Origin: Candidatus Nanoclepta minutus
GTDB taxonomy: Archaea; Nanobdellota; Nanobdellia; Nanobdellales; Nanobdellaceae
NCBI GenBank assembly: GCA_003568775.1
Contig: MWMI01000002.1
Location: 30,001 to 62,000, forward strand
Direction: 5' to 3'
DNA length: 32,000 nucleotides
A program made the translations under genes and the position numbers. Below the pieces are notes generated by a model. That model was given only the letters and a program-made list of their open reading frames with translations, searched no databases and was not told the origin of the DNA. Shown here piece after piece: positions 16,246-25,604 of the stretch (the first letter of the stretch is position 1; the number at the start of each line of letters is the position of its first letter).

Positions 16246-17410
16246 AGAATTTTAAATAATAGTTAAAGTTATTTAAGTCTAAATTTTTTAGTATATCTTC
16301 TACTAAGTTTTTTATTTCTGACGGTTTTTTGACAATTATTTTATCTCTATTATCAACCTTTAGATTTCCTACATAATCTATAACATATAGCTTCTCTTCT
16401 CCTTCTAACATATTGGCAAATTCTCTTAATTTCTCTATATCTAGTTGATAACCCTCGCTGAATCTTTCTACAACTTTTTCTATGATTTTTCCGTCTTTTT
16501 CTTCCTTAAAGATTTCATATTCTCTGTCTTTTTGATATTTTATGTTAACAAATGCTGATAAAGGTTTGATAGAATTTGTTAAAGCAACTACAACATATTT
16601 ATAATTTCCTTGATTTAATTGATCGGTAGATCTAGGTAGGACGAATTTTCCTGCTAATATTATTTCTAATAGAGCTCTTAATCTTTTCTTTCTTTCTTCC
16701 TCTTTTAGTATAACCATTTTTTCGTTGCTTCTATTTTGATCTACTTTGTCAGAATTTTTAACTTCCCCCAATATGTTTTTTAAATTTCTATCTTCATCTT
16801 CTTTATCCACGACTTCTTCTTTGTGAAATACTCCGATATAATTGTATATAATTCCATAAAATCTTCCTAAGAATTTTGCCTGTTCTATCTCAAAAGGTAT
16901 AGGATTTTCCCTTTTTGGAAATCTACCAGCAAATTCCGTTGTTACTGGTATAGGAAAGAAGCTTATTAAATAGGACATTTCTACAGGTGCTTTTCTTTTC
17001 CATGCACCACCCTTTTCTCCTTGACTTTTAGCTTTAGTAACCATATAACCGAATAGATCTTGATCTATATAATCTAAGAAGTTTCCACTATCTCCCTCTT
17101 GTTTTTTACCTATTTGCGTATCGCTAAGCGTTTCGAAGGGGTCTGTTTTAAATCCATAATCTCTTTCTAGAGCCAATCTTATCCCTTTTTTTATGGCTCT
17201 AGAGCTTACATACGGATAAATACCCTCTCTAGTTACAAACTTTTTAATAGTTATCCTTGTACCTACAGATTCGTCTGCATTTACGTTTCCCTCTACCTCA
17301 GTTACCACAACAAATTGTATAAATCTAGGATTTTTAACCTCTACCGATTCTTTATATTCTTGATTCATCATTTTGGTTCTCTTGGACTTTCTTTTTAGCC
17401 TTCGGAACAT
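16238..17410 (-). CDS. cas7: Cas7 (Csa2/DevR-like Cascade backbone subunit)
   Basis: VVTEVEGNVNADESVGTRITIKK...YPYVSSRAIKKGIRLALE is typical of the archaeal Cas7/Csa2 N-terminus. The start may be the internal ATG at 17371 or 17368, which reduces the overlap with cas8. Confidence 0.85.
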   Translation of the reverse strand: MFRRLKRKSKRTKMMNQEYKESVEVKNPRFIQFVVVTEVEGNVNADESVGTRITIKKFVTREGIYPYVSSRAIKKGIRLALERDYGFKTDPFETLSDTQIGKKQEGDSGNFLDYIDQDLFGYMVTKAKSQGEKGGAWKRKAPVEMSYLISFFPIPVTTEFAGRFPKRENPIPFEIEQAKFLGRFYGIIYNYIGVFHKEEVVDKEDEDRNLKNILGEVKNSDKVDQNRSNEKMVILKEEERKKRLRALLEIILAGKFVLPRSTDQLNQGNYKYVVVALTNSIKPLSAFVNIKYQKDREYEIFKEEKDGKIIEKVVERFSEGYQLDIEKLREFANMLEGEEKLYVIDYVGNLKVDNRDKIIVKKPSEIKNLVEDILKNLDLNNFNYYLKFYE

Positions 17411-18713
17411 GTGATAGCAAACCCAAGATAATTGAGGCTTTAATTAAATAAAATTTTGATAGATCGGAAGTTCTTAAATCATATATTAACTTACCAAATT
17501 TTTCAGATAAATCTTCTGATATATCTAAACCCCTAGACTTTAACCATACGATGTCCTTTTCGAACGTTTCCGCAAAGTATTCTGGTAAATCTTCGTTTCT
17601 TAAATCTTTTGCAAATCTATCTACTAATTTTTCAGTATCCGAAGGATCTTGAAATAATTCATAGATTTTAGAACCTAATAGTTGTCCTAAATTAAAATAC
17701 TCATCTAACTGATAATTTGTCATTTCTTTCATAAATTTAATTATGAAATACTTATTTAAAAACTTAATTGTTTTTCCAATTTGTTGAGAGCTTATTTCTA
17801 CCAATATTTTTACCAGATTATTTATAAAATTACTGTCTAATACTTGCTTAGCTAAAAGATAATAAGAGAATATATCTGCTATTTTTTCTACTGCTTTTTG
17901 TTGATTATATTTTTTTAAGATATTATGTAGTCTAATAAGAAGTTCTAAAATATAATAAAGATTTGTATTTTTTGGATTTATTTTACCCTCTCCTAGTAGC
18001 TCATAGATCTTCAAAAAGCCAGCTTCTGGTATAACAAATAAAGAACCTTCCATTTTTTGTTTTTTCCATACTATAACCTCACTAGTTCTTTTTATTTTAT
18101 ACTTTAGATCGTACAGTACTATAAAAATATTTATTAAAAAGATTAAAGTATTCCAATAGTCTCTATTTTTAAAAAACTTAAGCGTTGAGAGCTTTTTAAT
18201 AGTATCTGAAGGATATAGATTGTCGAATAAGTCATATATGTTTATATCTCCTTGTTGCAAGTATAAGTTGGGAACATAAAATACATATAAACCTCTATTT
18301 ATTAATACAGGAAATCCTTTTTCTAAAATATCCATCATCTCTTTTTTAGACTTATCTAAATCATAAATCTCATGCTCTATTTCATATGGATTTCTATTAA
18401 GGAATTTATCTTGGGTAATTATAGATGGTACTATATAGCTATCGAATTTATTTGATGAAAATTTATCAAAAATGGCTATTTTAAAAACCTCATCTAATTC
18501 CATCTGAGATAAAATTGATAAATGCTCTTCTTTTATTAACGGATATTTATTCTTATCTAGCGGAATATTAATATTAGGGTTTTTTCTTTTAATTATTTCT
18601 CCAATTTTCATTCTAACATCTCCTTTAACATTATGTATATTGCCCAACCAGTTTACAATATACTCCTTGTAGGCAGTATGCTTCGTAGACTTTCCAAAAT
18701 ATATATGACCCAT
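17352..18713 (-). CDS. cas8: Putative Cas8 large subunit (family not assignable)
   Basis: 453 aa, first gene of the cas8-cas7-cas5 unit. Called by position and size only. No motif recognised. Confidence 0.6.
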   Translation of the reverse strand: MGHIYFGKSTKHTAYKEYIVNWLGNIHNVKGDVRMKIGEIIKRKNPNINIPLDKNKYPLIKEEHLSILSQMELDEVFKIAIFDKFSSNKFDSYIVPSIITQDKFLNRNPYEIEHEIYDLDKSKKEMMDILEKGFPVLINRGLYVFYVPNLYLQQGDINIYDLFDNLYPSDTIKKLSTLKFFKNRDYWNTLIFLINIFIVLYDLKYKIKRTSEVIVWKKQKMEGSLFVIPEAGFLKIYELLGEGKINPKNTNLYYILELLIRLHNILKKYNQQKAVEKIADIFSYYLLAKQVLDSNFINNLVKILVEISSQQIGKTIKFLNKYFIIKFMKEMTNYQLDEYFNLGQLLGSKIYELFQDPSDTEKLVDRFAKDLRNEDLPEYFAETFEKDIVWLKSRGLDISEDLSEKFGKLIYDLRTSDLSKFYLIKASIILGLLSHVPKAKKKVQENQNDESRI

Positions 18714-18797
18714 ATTAATAAAGCATGTGTTGAAAATATTTTTAAGTTAATGATATTTAAAAATATTAAATAAATTAAATATTATCTTAAAGATATT

Positions 18798-21224
18798 ATG
18801 CATCGTATTTTTCTCGATATTAATAAAGCAAATAGTCATCAGAATAAATCTCTCAGTCATCATATAATAGAAATAATTGAATTTTCCGAAACTTTTTATA
18901 GGCTAGGCTATAGATTTGATAAGGATCTTCTTAGATTATTAGCAATATATCACGATTTAGGGAAGTGCTACTATCTTTGGCAAAAATACAGTATTCAAAA
19001 GAATATTAAGCTAGTAAAACATTCCGGTTTATCAGCATTTATTACTTATTTGATACTTGTAAAAAATAAAATGGAATTAGGAAATATCTTAAAAGTTCCT
19101 AATCTAAATCTAAACTTAGAATTAGGAACAGATGAAATAAAATACCTGATTTATCTTATCTTAGTTCATCATAGCGATTTAAAAAGGTTGGATGCAAATG
19201 CTATTGATTCTAAATTTAATTTAGGTAGCCCTTTTGAAAAAAATATCAATCAAGTAAAAGATCTTATGGCTATTTTACCTAACACAGATGAAAGTGAATT
19301 TGAAGAGTTTAAAAATTATATCATTTCATTTAATCCTTCAGATCTAGATCTTAATACTAAATACATTAACACATATGCGGCTTTTAAAATTGCTGATAGG
19401 CTTTCTGGTAGTTTTCATAGGAATTTAAGTAAAGAAGAAATTCCAAAGATACTGTATAAATTTGGAATAACCAATATAGATTTTAATCTAAATGAGGAGG
19501 TTATTAGAAATTTGTTAAGCAATAAGGAGATATCCGGGAAGGTTGATGAAAATAGATTAAGAGAGCAAATTAAATTTTTAGAAAATGATATTAAGATACT
19601 ATTAGCTCCAACGGGTTTCGGAAAGACTGTGTTCTCTATATTTAAGGGAATTACGAATAAAAAAATGTTAATAGCGTTACCTACGATAACCGCTATTAAA
19701 CAATTCCTAAAAAAGACTGGGGCAATAATAAATGAAATTGGTTATTTCTCTAATAATATTGGTACTTATTTTTATTTCTATAATCCATTCAAGACAGAAG
19801 AAGAAGATGACAACCTAATACTAAATGAATACTTTTTATCTCGTTATCTTCTAAAACCGATAATGTTAACTACTGTAGACCAATTACTGTTAACTTATCT
19901 ACAATCTAAGGAATATTACATAAAAAAATTTGCGTTACAGAATAGGATATTAATAGTTGATGAAATTCATCTATTAACACCAAAAATGTTGTATTTCCTT
20001 TTACAATTTCTAAAGGAGTACAGAAGTATATTTAGGGATTTCGTCTTAATGTCTGCAACTTTTCCAGAATTTTTAATAGATATAATTAGATCAGAATTGG
20101 AGATAAAAGATAGTAACATCATAAGGCTTTATAACTATTACCCGAAAAATAGAATCTGGATAGAATTTTTAAATGATGATTTTGAAATAAAAAAAGAGAA
20201 AAAAGAAAAACTGTTTGATGATATATATAAAAAATTGAAGGATATAACTAAAGATAAAAAGCCTAAAATAATAGTTTTATTTAATACTGTAATTAATGCT
20301 CAAGAATTCTATAAATATTTAAAAGAAAAAGGAGAAAATTGGGATATATTGCTATTTCATTCTAGGTACATATATAAACATAGAAAAGAAATAGAGAAAA
20401 AATTATTAAAGATTAGTAAAGCCGGGAGATTAGATAAACCTTTTATCCTAATAGCTACGCAAGTAGTTGAGGTATCCTTAGACATAGATCTTGATTACCT
20501 AATAACTGAGTCCGCTCCATTGCAGGAGTTAATACAGAGATTTGGTAGAGTATTTAGAAATAGAGATCAGAACTTACCCCCAAAAGAGCCCAACATTTAT
20601 ATATTTGGATTTTTAGAAGAGTCTAATAGAATATATGATAAAGAGCTGGTAAAGGAAAGTATTGACATTATTAAAGATTTTAGAAATATTGTTGATGAAG
20701 AAAAACTAGTTAAAAAATTAAATGAAAGCGAGATATATAAGAATACCTATTTGAAAGAATTTGAGGATGCTAGAAATAAATATGACGAATTTGTTGATGA
20801 ATTATTAAATAAATATGCTAACAGATTTTATTACATATTCGTAGAAGAAGATGAGGAGACCTTGAAAAAAATATCAAAACTGTTAAATATAAGAGATTCT
20901 ATAAACTCTTTAGTGTTCGTTAACCCAGAAGATTTAGATAAAAAAGAAGCTAAAAAATATAATAAACTACTAAAAGATTTAGAAGAGAGTAGGAAGTCGA
21001 GAGATTTCGTTAAGTTTTTTAGATCTAAACTATATCTGAGAGAATTTTTATTACCCATACCATTTTATTATATTCTACCGTTGTTAGATGTAGATAACGA
21101 GCTAGTTAGAAACGAGAAAATACCAGTAATACCACCAAAGGTTTATAGTAAGGAATTCGGGATTGATGTAAAAAAGTTAAAAGAAATTTTAGAGTCGAAA
21201 ATATTTGAGGAAATAATAATGTAA
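18798..21224 (+). CDS. cas3: Cas3 with N-terminal HD nuclease fused to an SF2 helicase
   Basis: HD region HHIIE...LLAIYHDLGK...LVHHSD. Helicase motif I LLAPTGFGKT, motif II VDEIH, motif III MSATFP, and later QRFGRVFR. 808 aa. Confidence 0.9.
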   Translation: MHRIFLDINKANSHQNKSLSHHIIEIIEFSETFYRLGYRFDKDLLRLLAIYHDLGKCYYLWQKYSIQKNIKLVKHSGLSAFITYLILVKNKMELGNILKVPNLNLNLELGTDEIKYLIYLILVHHSDLKRLDANAIDSKFNLGSPFEKNINQVKDLMAILPNTDESEFEEFKNYIISFNPSDLDLNTKYINTYAAFKIADRLSGSFHRNLSKEEIPKILYKFGITNIDFNLNEEVIRNLLSNKEISGKVDENRLREQIKFLENDIKILLAPTGFGKTVFSIFKGITNKKMLIALPTITAIKQFLKKTGAIINEIGYFSNNIGTYFYFYNPFKTEEEDDNLILNEYFLSRYLLKPIMLTTVDQLLLTYLQSKEYYIKKFALQNRILIVDEIHLLTPKMLYFLLQFLKEYRSIFRDFVLMSATFPEFLIDIIRSELEIKDSNIIRLYNYYPKNRIWIEFLNDDFEIKKEKKEKLFDDIYKKLKDITKDKKPKIIVLFNTVINAQEFYKYLKEKGENWDILLFHSRYIYKHRKEIEKKLLKISKAGRLDKPFILIATQVVEVSLDIDLDYLITESAPLQELIQRFGRVFRNRDQNLPPKEPNIYIFGFLEESNRIYDKELVKESIDIIKDFRNIVDEEKLVKKLNESEIYKNTYLKEFEDARNKYDEFVDELLNKYANRFYYIFVEEDEETLKKISKLLNIRDSINSLVFVNPEDLDKKEAKKYNKLLKDLEESRKSRDFVKFFRSKLYLREFLLPIPFYYILPLLDVDNELVRNEKIPVIPPKVYSKEFGIDVKKLKEILESKIFEEIIM

Positions 21225-21745
21225 TGAAATTCGAAAGCTATTCAGGGGGAATTTATATCTATTACTATTTCGTATGCAAAAGAAAACTATGGTTTTATGC
21301 AAACAAAATTACTATGGAAGATACTTCGGATCTGGTTCAAATAGGAAAATACATAGAATTATTCTATAAAGAAGAGAAAAAGCATGATAGACAAATAATA
21401 ATAGATAATACCATATCTCCAGATGCTATAGAAAATAAAGGAGATTTCTTATTGGTTTTAGAGGTCAAGAAATCAGAATCATTTAAAGAAGCTGCTTTAT
21501 GGCAATTAAAGTATTATTTATGGTATCTAAAAAACAAAGGATTAAACGTAAGGGGAAAGTTGGTTATACCTGAGGAAAAGAAAAAAGAATATATAGAGTT
21601 GACTGAAGAGGATGAAAGAAGGATAAAAGAAATATTGAATGAAATAAAGGAAATAATTAGACAACCAAGACCTCCAAAGGTTGTCAAAAAACCCTATTGT
21701 AAGTATTGTTCATATAGGATGCTTTGCTGGGAAGATGAACTCTAA
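21224..21745 (+). CDS. cas4: Cas4 (RecB-like nuclease with a 4-Cys cluster)
   Basis: Cys at FVCKRKLW plus C-terminal CKYCSYRMLC. Nuclease motif DFLLVLEVKK. The start overlaps the cas3 stop (TAATG). Confidence 0.9.
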   Translation: MKFESYSGGIYIYYYFVCKRKLWFYANKITMEDTSDLVQIGKYIELFYKEEKKHDRQIIIDNTISPDAIENKGDFLLVLEVKKSESFKEAALWQLKYYLWYLKNKGLNVRGKLVIPEEKKKEYIELTEEDERRIKEILNEIKEIIRQPRPPKVVKKPYCKYCSYRMLCWEDEL

Positions 21746-21780
21746 TCAATCTTATATTAATTTTCAAAAATTAAATATAA

Positions 21781-22668
21781 ATGAGATTGCTCCTAGAAGT
21801 AGTTTCCTTACAAGATGCAAAGTACAACCTAATCCATAATTACATAATCCAGGGTTTTATATACAACTTATTAAGGGATACAGAATTCGCCTGGTTGCAT
21901 TCTTATAAAGGTTTGAAGTTCTTTAACTTCTCAAACATATTCCCAATAAAGGATTTTAAAACAGATGAGAAATACAAGCTAATAATTTCCTCTCCAAATA
22001 AAAAGCTCATCCAAGTATTATACAAAAGGTTAAAGGAAAATAAGGAAATAAAGTTAGGTAGCTTAGAATTTAAAATAACTAACCTAAAGACTTTTGATAT
22101 AAAGTTAAGCTTTCCGTGGGAAACGTCAACACCCATTATACTAAGAAAGGAAAAAGAGGTATACTTATCAGATGGTTTCAAAATATTCATAGTCAGACTA
22201 AAAGATATGAACATACTTAAGGAGTTGGATTTTGAAAAGAAAAAGATAACAATAAATACTAATGAAGTAAAAGAGATAAAGGAAGAAGATTTAAAGTATT
22301 TAGATAAGAGTAAGTTTAAAATAATAAGGATAAAGGATGTTTACTTTAACTTTAAAAAGGATCATGGATTATTTGAATGGTTAGAAGAATTGAAAAGAAA
22401 CAGTATAATAAAATATAGGTCTTTCACTGGTTCTAAATTCGAATTAGAGGATAACTTATTCGATGAATTAGAGTTTAGGAAAACAGTTTCAATAAAAGTT
22501 AGGATAAAGGAGAGGGGAGATATAGTATACATAGGAAGTCATTGGAAGAAGCTAAACGTTTTAAGGAAATTGGATAATGAAGAGAGAAGGTTTTACAAGT
22601 TTTTATTAGACACGGGATTAGGCATATTGAATTCTTTAGGTTTTGGTTTTGTAAATCCAAGGGATTAA
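21781..22668 (+). CDS. cas6: Cas6 crRNA-processing endoribonuclease
   Basis: 295 aa. The C-terminal glycine-rich loop DTGLGILNSLGFGFVNP is the Cas6 hallmark. Last gene of the cas3-cas4-cas6 unit. Confidence 0.8.
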   Translation: MRLLLEVVSLQDAKYNLIHNYIIQGFIYNLLRDTEFAWLHSYKGLKFFNFSNIFPIKDFKTDEKYKLIISSPNKKLIQVLYKRLKENKEIKLGSLEFKITNLKTFDIKLSFPWETSTPIILRKEKEVYLSDGFKIFIVRLKDMNILKELDFEKKKITINTNEVKEIKEEDLKYLDKSKFKIIRIKDVYFNFKKDHGLFEWLEELKRNSIIKYRSFTGSKFELEDNLFDELEFRKTVSIKVRIKERGDIVYIGSHWKKLNVLRKLDNEERRFYKFLLDTGLGILNSLGFGFVNPRD

Positions 22669-22692
22669 TAGTTATAAAATCAATTATCCTTT

Positions 22693-22857
22693 ATGAAAGA
22701 ACCTTTAGATAGTAAAGATCATTTGAAGAAAATAATATTAGATACAATTCCATATGAACCTCCAGAAGAGGATGAAAAGCAATTTGTAGAAGAGGACATA
22801 AGAGAAGAAGGCTATATAGACTTTGAAGAACTATTAAGGAAATATAAAAAATCTTAA
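22693..22857 (+). CDS. Unlisted 54-aa acidic small protein
   Basis: ATG...TAA encodes MKEPLDSKDHLKKIILDTIPYEPPEEDEKQFVEEDIREEGYIDFEELLRKYKKS. It fills the cas6-to-methyltransferase gap, co-directional with both. Confidence 0.4.
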   Translation: MKEPLDSKDHLKKIILDTIPYEPPEEDEKQFVEEDIREEGYIDFEELLRKYKKS

Positions 22858-22881
22858 ATCCTCGAAAACAATTATTAATTT

Positions 22882-23610
22882 ATGTCTAAGGAAGAAAATT
22901 TAAGAAAGGAGTATGAAATAGTGGAAGGCTTTGAGAGCTATGATATAAGGTTTGAAGATGCAAAGAAAAGGTTAAAGAAGTTTGAGGAATTCTATAACAA
23001 TAATAAAAATTTCTTCGGTAAGAAAATACTGGATTTAGCATGCGGTGGTGGTTTATTCTCAAACTTTTTAGCCGAGAAAAGGCATATAGTTACGGGGGTC
23101 GATATATTAGATCCCATGCTAAAAATAGCTAAAGAGAATTCTCCAAAGAATAACCCACCAAAATACATAAAAGCAAACCTGTTAGAATTTGTACCTGAAG
23201 AAGAATTCGATACAACGATCTTCCTAGGAAACTCCATACCACATTTTTCTCCTAAGGATTTTGCAAAAGTACTGTTAAATATAAGGGAAAAGACAAGATA
23301 TTTTATAATAGCTTATAGAGACTCTGTTTCTTGGGGATTTGAGGGAAGATTAAAACAAATAATAATAGAAGAAGGAAAGGATTACGATGTAATAGACCTA
23401 TATAAAGGATACGATGGGGAAAAAGATTCAATAATAAAATACAGGATAATCTATCCAAAGAACGATAAGGTAGTATTAGATTATCATTTGTATAATCCTG
23501 GAATTGTAGAAGGTATTATGTTTGCAGTTGGATTTAGGTTAGTGAAGAGAGAAAAATATGGACCGATGAAATCTTTGGAAGAATATATAGATATCTACGA
23601 AAAGGTTTAA
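22882..23610 (+). CDS. Class I SAM-dependent methyltransferase
   Basis: Motif I ILDLACGGGLFS, followed by VTGVDILDPML. Confidence 0.8.
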   Translation: MSKEENLRKEYEIVEGFESYDIRFEDAKKRLKKFEEFYNNNKNFFGKKILDLACGGGLFSNFLAEKRHIVTGVDILDPMLKIAKENSPKNNPPKYIKANLLEFVPEEEFDTTIFLGNSIPHFSPKDFAKVLLNIREKTRYFIIAYRDSVSWGFEGRLKQIIIEEGKDYDVIDLYKGYDGEKDSIIKYRIIYPKNDKVVLDYHLYNPGIVEGIMFAVGFRLVKREKYGPMKSLEEYIDIYEKV

Positions 23611-23691
23611 GCAAGATATCTTAAATTGAAGATCACAACGTCCCTCAAAATATAGGAATATTTATAAATATATTCAATTTATAATTACTAT

Positions 23692-24723
23692 ATGGTAGTA
23701 GATAAAAAACCTATACTGAGCTTCCCATATGGAAGGATAGTCGTAGTCCCAGATACTCCAATAGACCTTACGGAGGGTACAATAGGAGACATATATCATA
23801 TATTTTCAAGAAATTTAAAAGATGGTAAGGTTCATTATACGGAAAAAACTCATTCTTCTCTTGAGAGAATTGCTGAAGAAGTTTGGAATAAACCAATTTT
23901 AAAGTATCAAGAGGTAAAACAGCTCCCAAATCCTTACAAATCTTTAGATGAAGTATTAAAGAATATTGATGGAAAGAAGGCAATAGTTGGTATCGGTAGA
24001 TCTTCTTTGCCATATCTCATACATACCCTAATGCATTACGAAAACTTAGGTGAATCTGGAAACGTTTACATTTATGTACCAACAAAATGGGAAAAAAGCG
24101 GTAGACAGATACAGAGTTCCCGAATACCTGTTGTATATGCTACCATAGAAAAACTTGTAAGGAAACATAAACCTGAAAAAATAGTAATCATAGACGATGT
24201 TATGGCTACTGGATATACGTTTAGAAATATATATCATAGCCTTGAAGGAATACTAAAGGACTTGGAAATATATCTCGTACCGGTTTCCCTAGATATGAGC
24301 ATAATCCTCATATCAAACCTTTCAAACTCAGGCAGACACTTGCCTATAGATAGTATATTATATAACTTCTTTACTAAGGAAATGCCATACTTCGAATATG
24401 GATTAGAGAAAGGTGAATGGAGGAATATATTAGAGAACTTTAGCAAAGTAGCTGGAAAGAGGTATAACAGAAAGGACCTAGAAGAATTATCCAAAGTGTT
24501 ATCTCATACGTATCCTGCAATAGTTATAAACAGCTCTGGGGGAGAAACCTATCCGGTTACTCATCTAATAAGAGATGCTGAAGAAGAAGTTGCAAAAAAG
24601 ATATATTATTCTACAGAAATTACAGATCTAATGGACTTGCAAGCAAAATATTTCCAGAATCCGTTGCTTGAACTATTAAACAAATACAAAGAAAGGATAT
24701 ATCATGCTCCAAGAACACTATAA
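23692..24723 (+). CDS. Phosphoribosyltransferase-domain protein with N- and C-terminal extensions
   Basis: KIVIIDDVMATGYTF fits the type I PRTase PRPP-binding signature. At 343 aa it is much longer than a minimal PRTase. Confidence 0.7.
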   Translation: MVVDKKPILSFPYGRIVVVPDTPIDLTEGTIGDIYHIFSRNLKDGKVHYTEKTHSSLERIAEEVWNKPILKYQEVKQLPNPYKSLDEVLKNIDGKKAIVGIGRSSLPYLIHTLMHYENLGESGNVYIYVPTKWEKSGRQIQSSRIPVVYATIEKLVRKHKPEKIVIIDDVMATGYTFRNIYHSLEGILKDLEIYLVPVSLDMSIILISNLSNSGRHLPIDSILYNFFTKEMPYFEYGLEKGEWRNILENFSKVAGKRYNRKDLEELSKVLSHTYPAIVINSSGGETYPVTHLIRDAEEEVAKKIYYSTEITDLMDLQAKYFQNPLLELLNKYKERIYHAPRTL

Positions 24724-24756
24724 AAAATTAAAATATTACCGAATAGTATCATAATT

Positions 24757-24942
24757 ATGGAAGATGGAAAGGATAGAAAAACAAAATTTAATTTTACAGG
24801 GAGCCTCTCCGCAATAGGTTTAGGAATTGGTTTATTACTCTATGCCCTAAACATTGTAGACAGCTTCTTCATAATACCTGCGATCATGTTCATTGGAACA
24901 GGACTGGGAACTATGCTTGATTTCTTATTTAAAAGGTTCTAA
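24757..24942 (+). CDS. Small two-TM membrane protein
   Basis: 61 aa with two hydrophobic segments (LSAIGLGIGLLLYAL and FFIIPAIMFIGTGLGTML). Confidence 0.45.
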   Translation: MEDGKDRKTKFNFTGSLSAIGLGIGLLLYALNIVDSFFIIPAIMFIGTGLGTMLDFLFKRF

Positions 24943-25066
24943 CCTAATTATTACATAGATTTTTGTTATATTTCATACCTACAACAATTATACTGATATA
25001 TAGCTTAATTCTAGAATCGGATATTGCATTCTATTATCCATCAAACCATGTGAAAAGATAATCAGC

Positions 25067-25086
25067 CTATTAGAACCCTCTAATAG
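25067..25086 (-). terminator. Hairpin downstream of the ATPase-methyltransferase operon
   Basis: CTATTAGA-ACCC-TCTAATAG is a perfect 8-bp stem. It lies 27 nt past the TGA at 25113-25115 and is followed on the minus strand by TTATCTTTTC. Confidence 0.3.
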
Positions 25087-25112
25087 AGTTCCTGTTATTT
25101 CACCAATCTGTA

Positions 25113-25604
25113 TCAGCTTCGTATTTTGTATATATAAATATCAAGCTTTTTATTATATATAACTAATTCTAAACCCGGAACTTCCCACATATAAGATATC
25201 ACATAAGTCCCTTTTCTAAGCTCTTTCTTGAACTTCCTAGCCAACTTCCCATTAACGGAAGGCCATTGAAATAAATAAATAACATCATAGTTTGACAAAT
25301 CTATCTTAAACATATCTCCAAACAAAACTTTACACCTGCATCTAATTATAGATATAAACCATCTTATTGGATCTATCTCTATACCTGTTACATGTGCCCC
25401 CATCTTCTTTGCTATTTTTAATACCTTTCCATAACCACAACCTAAGTCTATTAGCTTTTTTCCTTTAATATCTATCAGTTTAAAAGCCCAGATAACAGCT
25501 TTTGTATTAGAGCCACTATAACCTGCACCCCTTCTAAGAATGTATGGCCAAAGAAAATGAAAGACCAATACAACTATTACTGCTATTATAACCTGAACAA
25601 TCAT
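25113..25604 (-). CDS. Membrane-anchored class I SAM-dependent methyltransferase
   Basis: N-terminal TM helix MIVQVIIAVIVVLVFHFLW. Motif I LIDLGCGYGKVL, then VTGIEIDP. Its start overlaps the P-type ATPase stop by 4 nt. Confidence 0.7.
   Translation of the reverse strand: MIVQVIIAVIVVLVFHFLWPYILRRGAGYSGSNTKAVIWAFKLIDIKGKKLIDLGCGYGKVLKIAKKMGAHVTGIEIDPIRWFISIIRCRCKVLFGDMFKIDLSNYDVIYLFQWPSVNGKLARKFKKELRKGTYVISYMWEVPGLELVIYNKKLDIYIYKIRS

Noticed and set aside
14238-22214. Antisense ORFs inside cas genes (14238-14432, 15962-16255, 20831-21058, 21903-22214).
   Set aside because: Each lies opposite a Cas protein with clear motifs. Their products are F/L/S/I-rich shadow translations.
23768-24494. 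Three antisense ORFs inside the PRTase-domain gene.
   Set aside because: The plus-strand frame carries the PRPP-binding signature, and the antisense products have no features.
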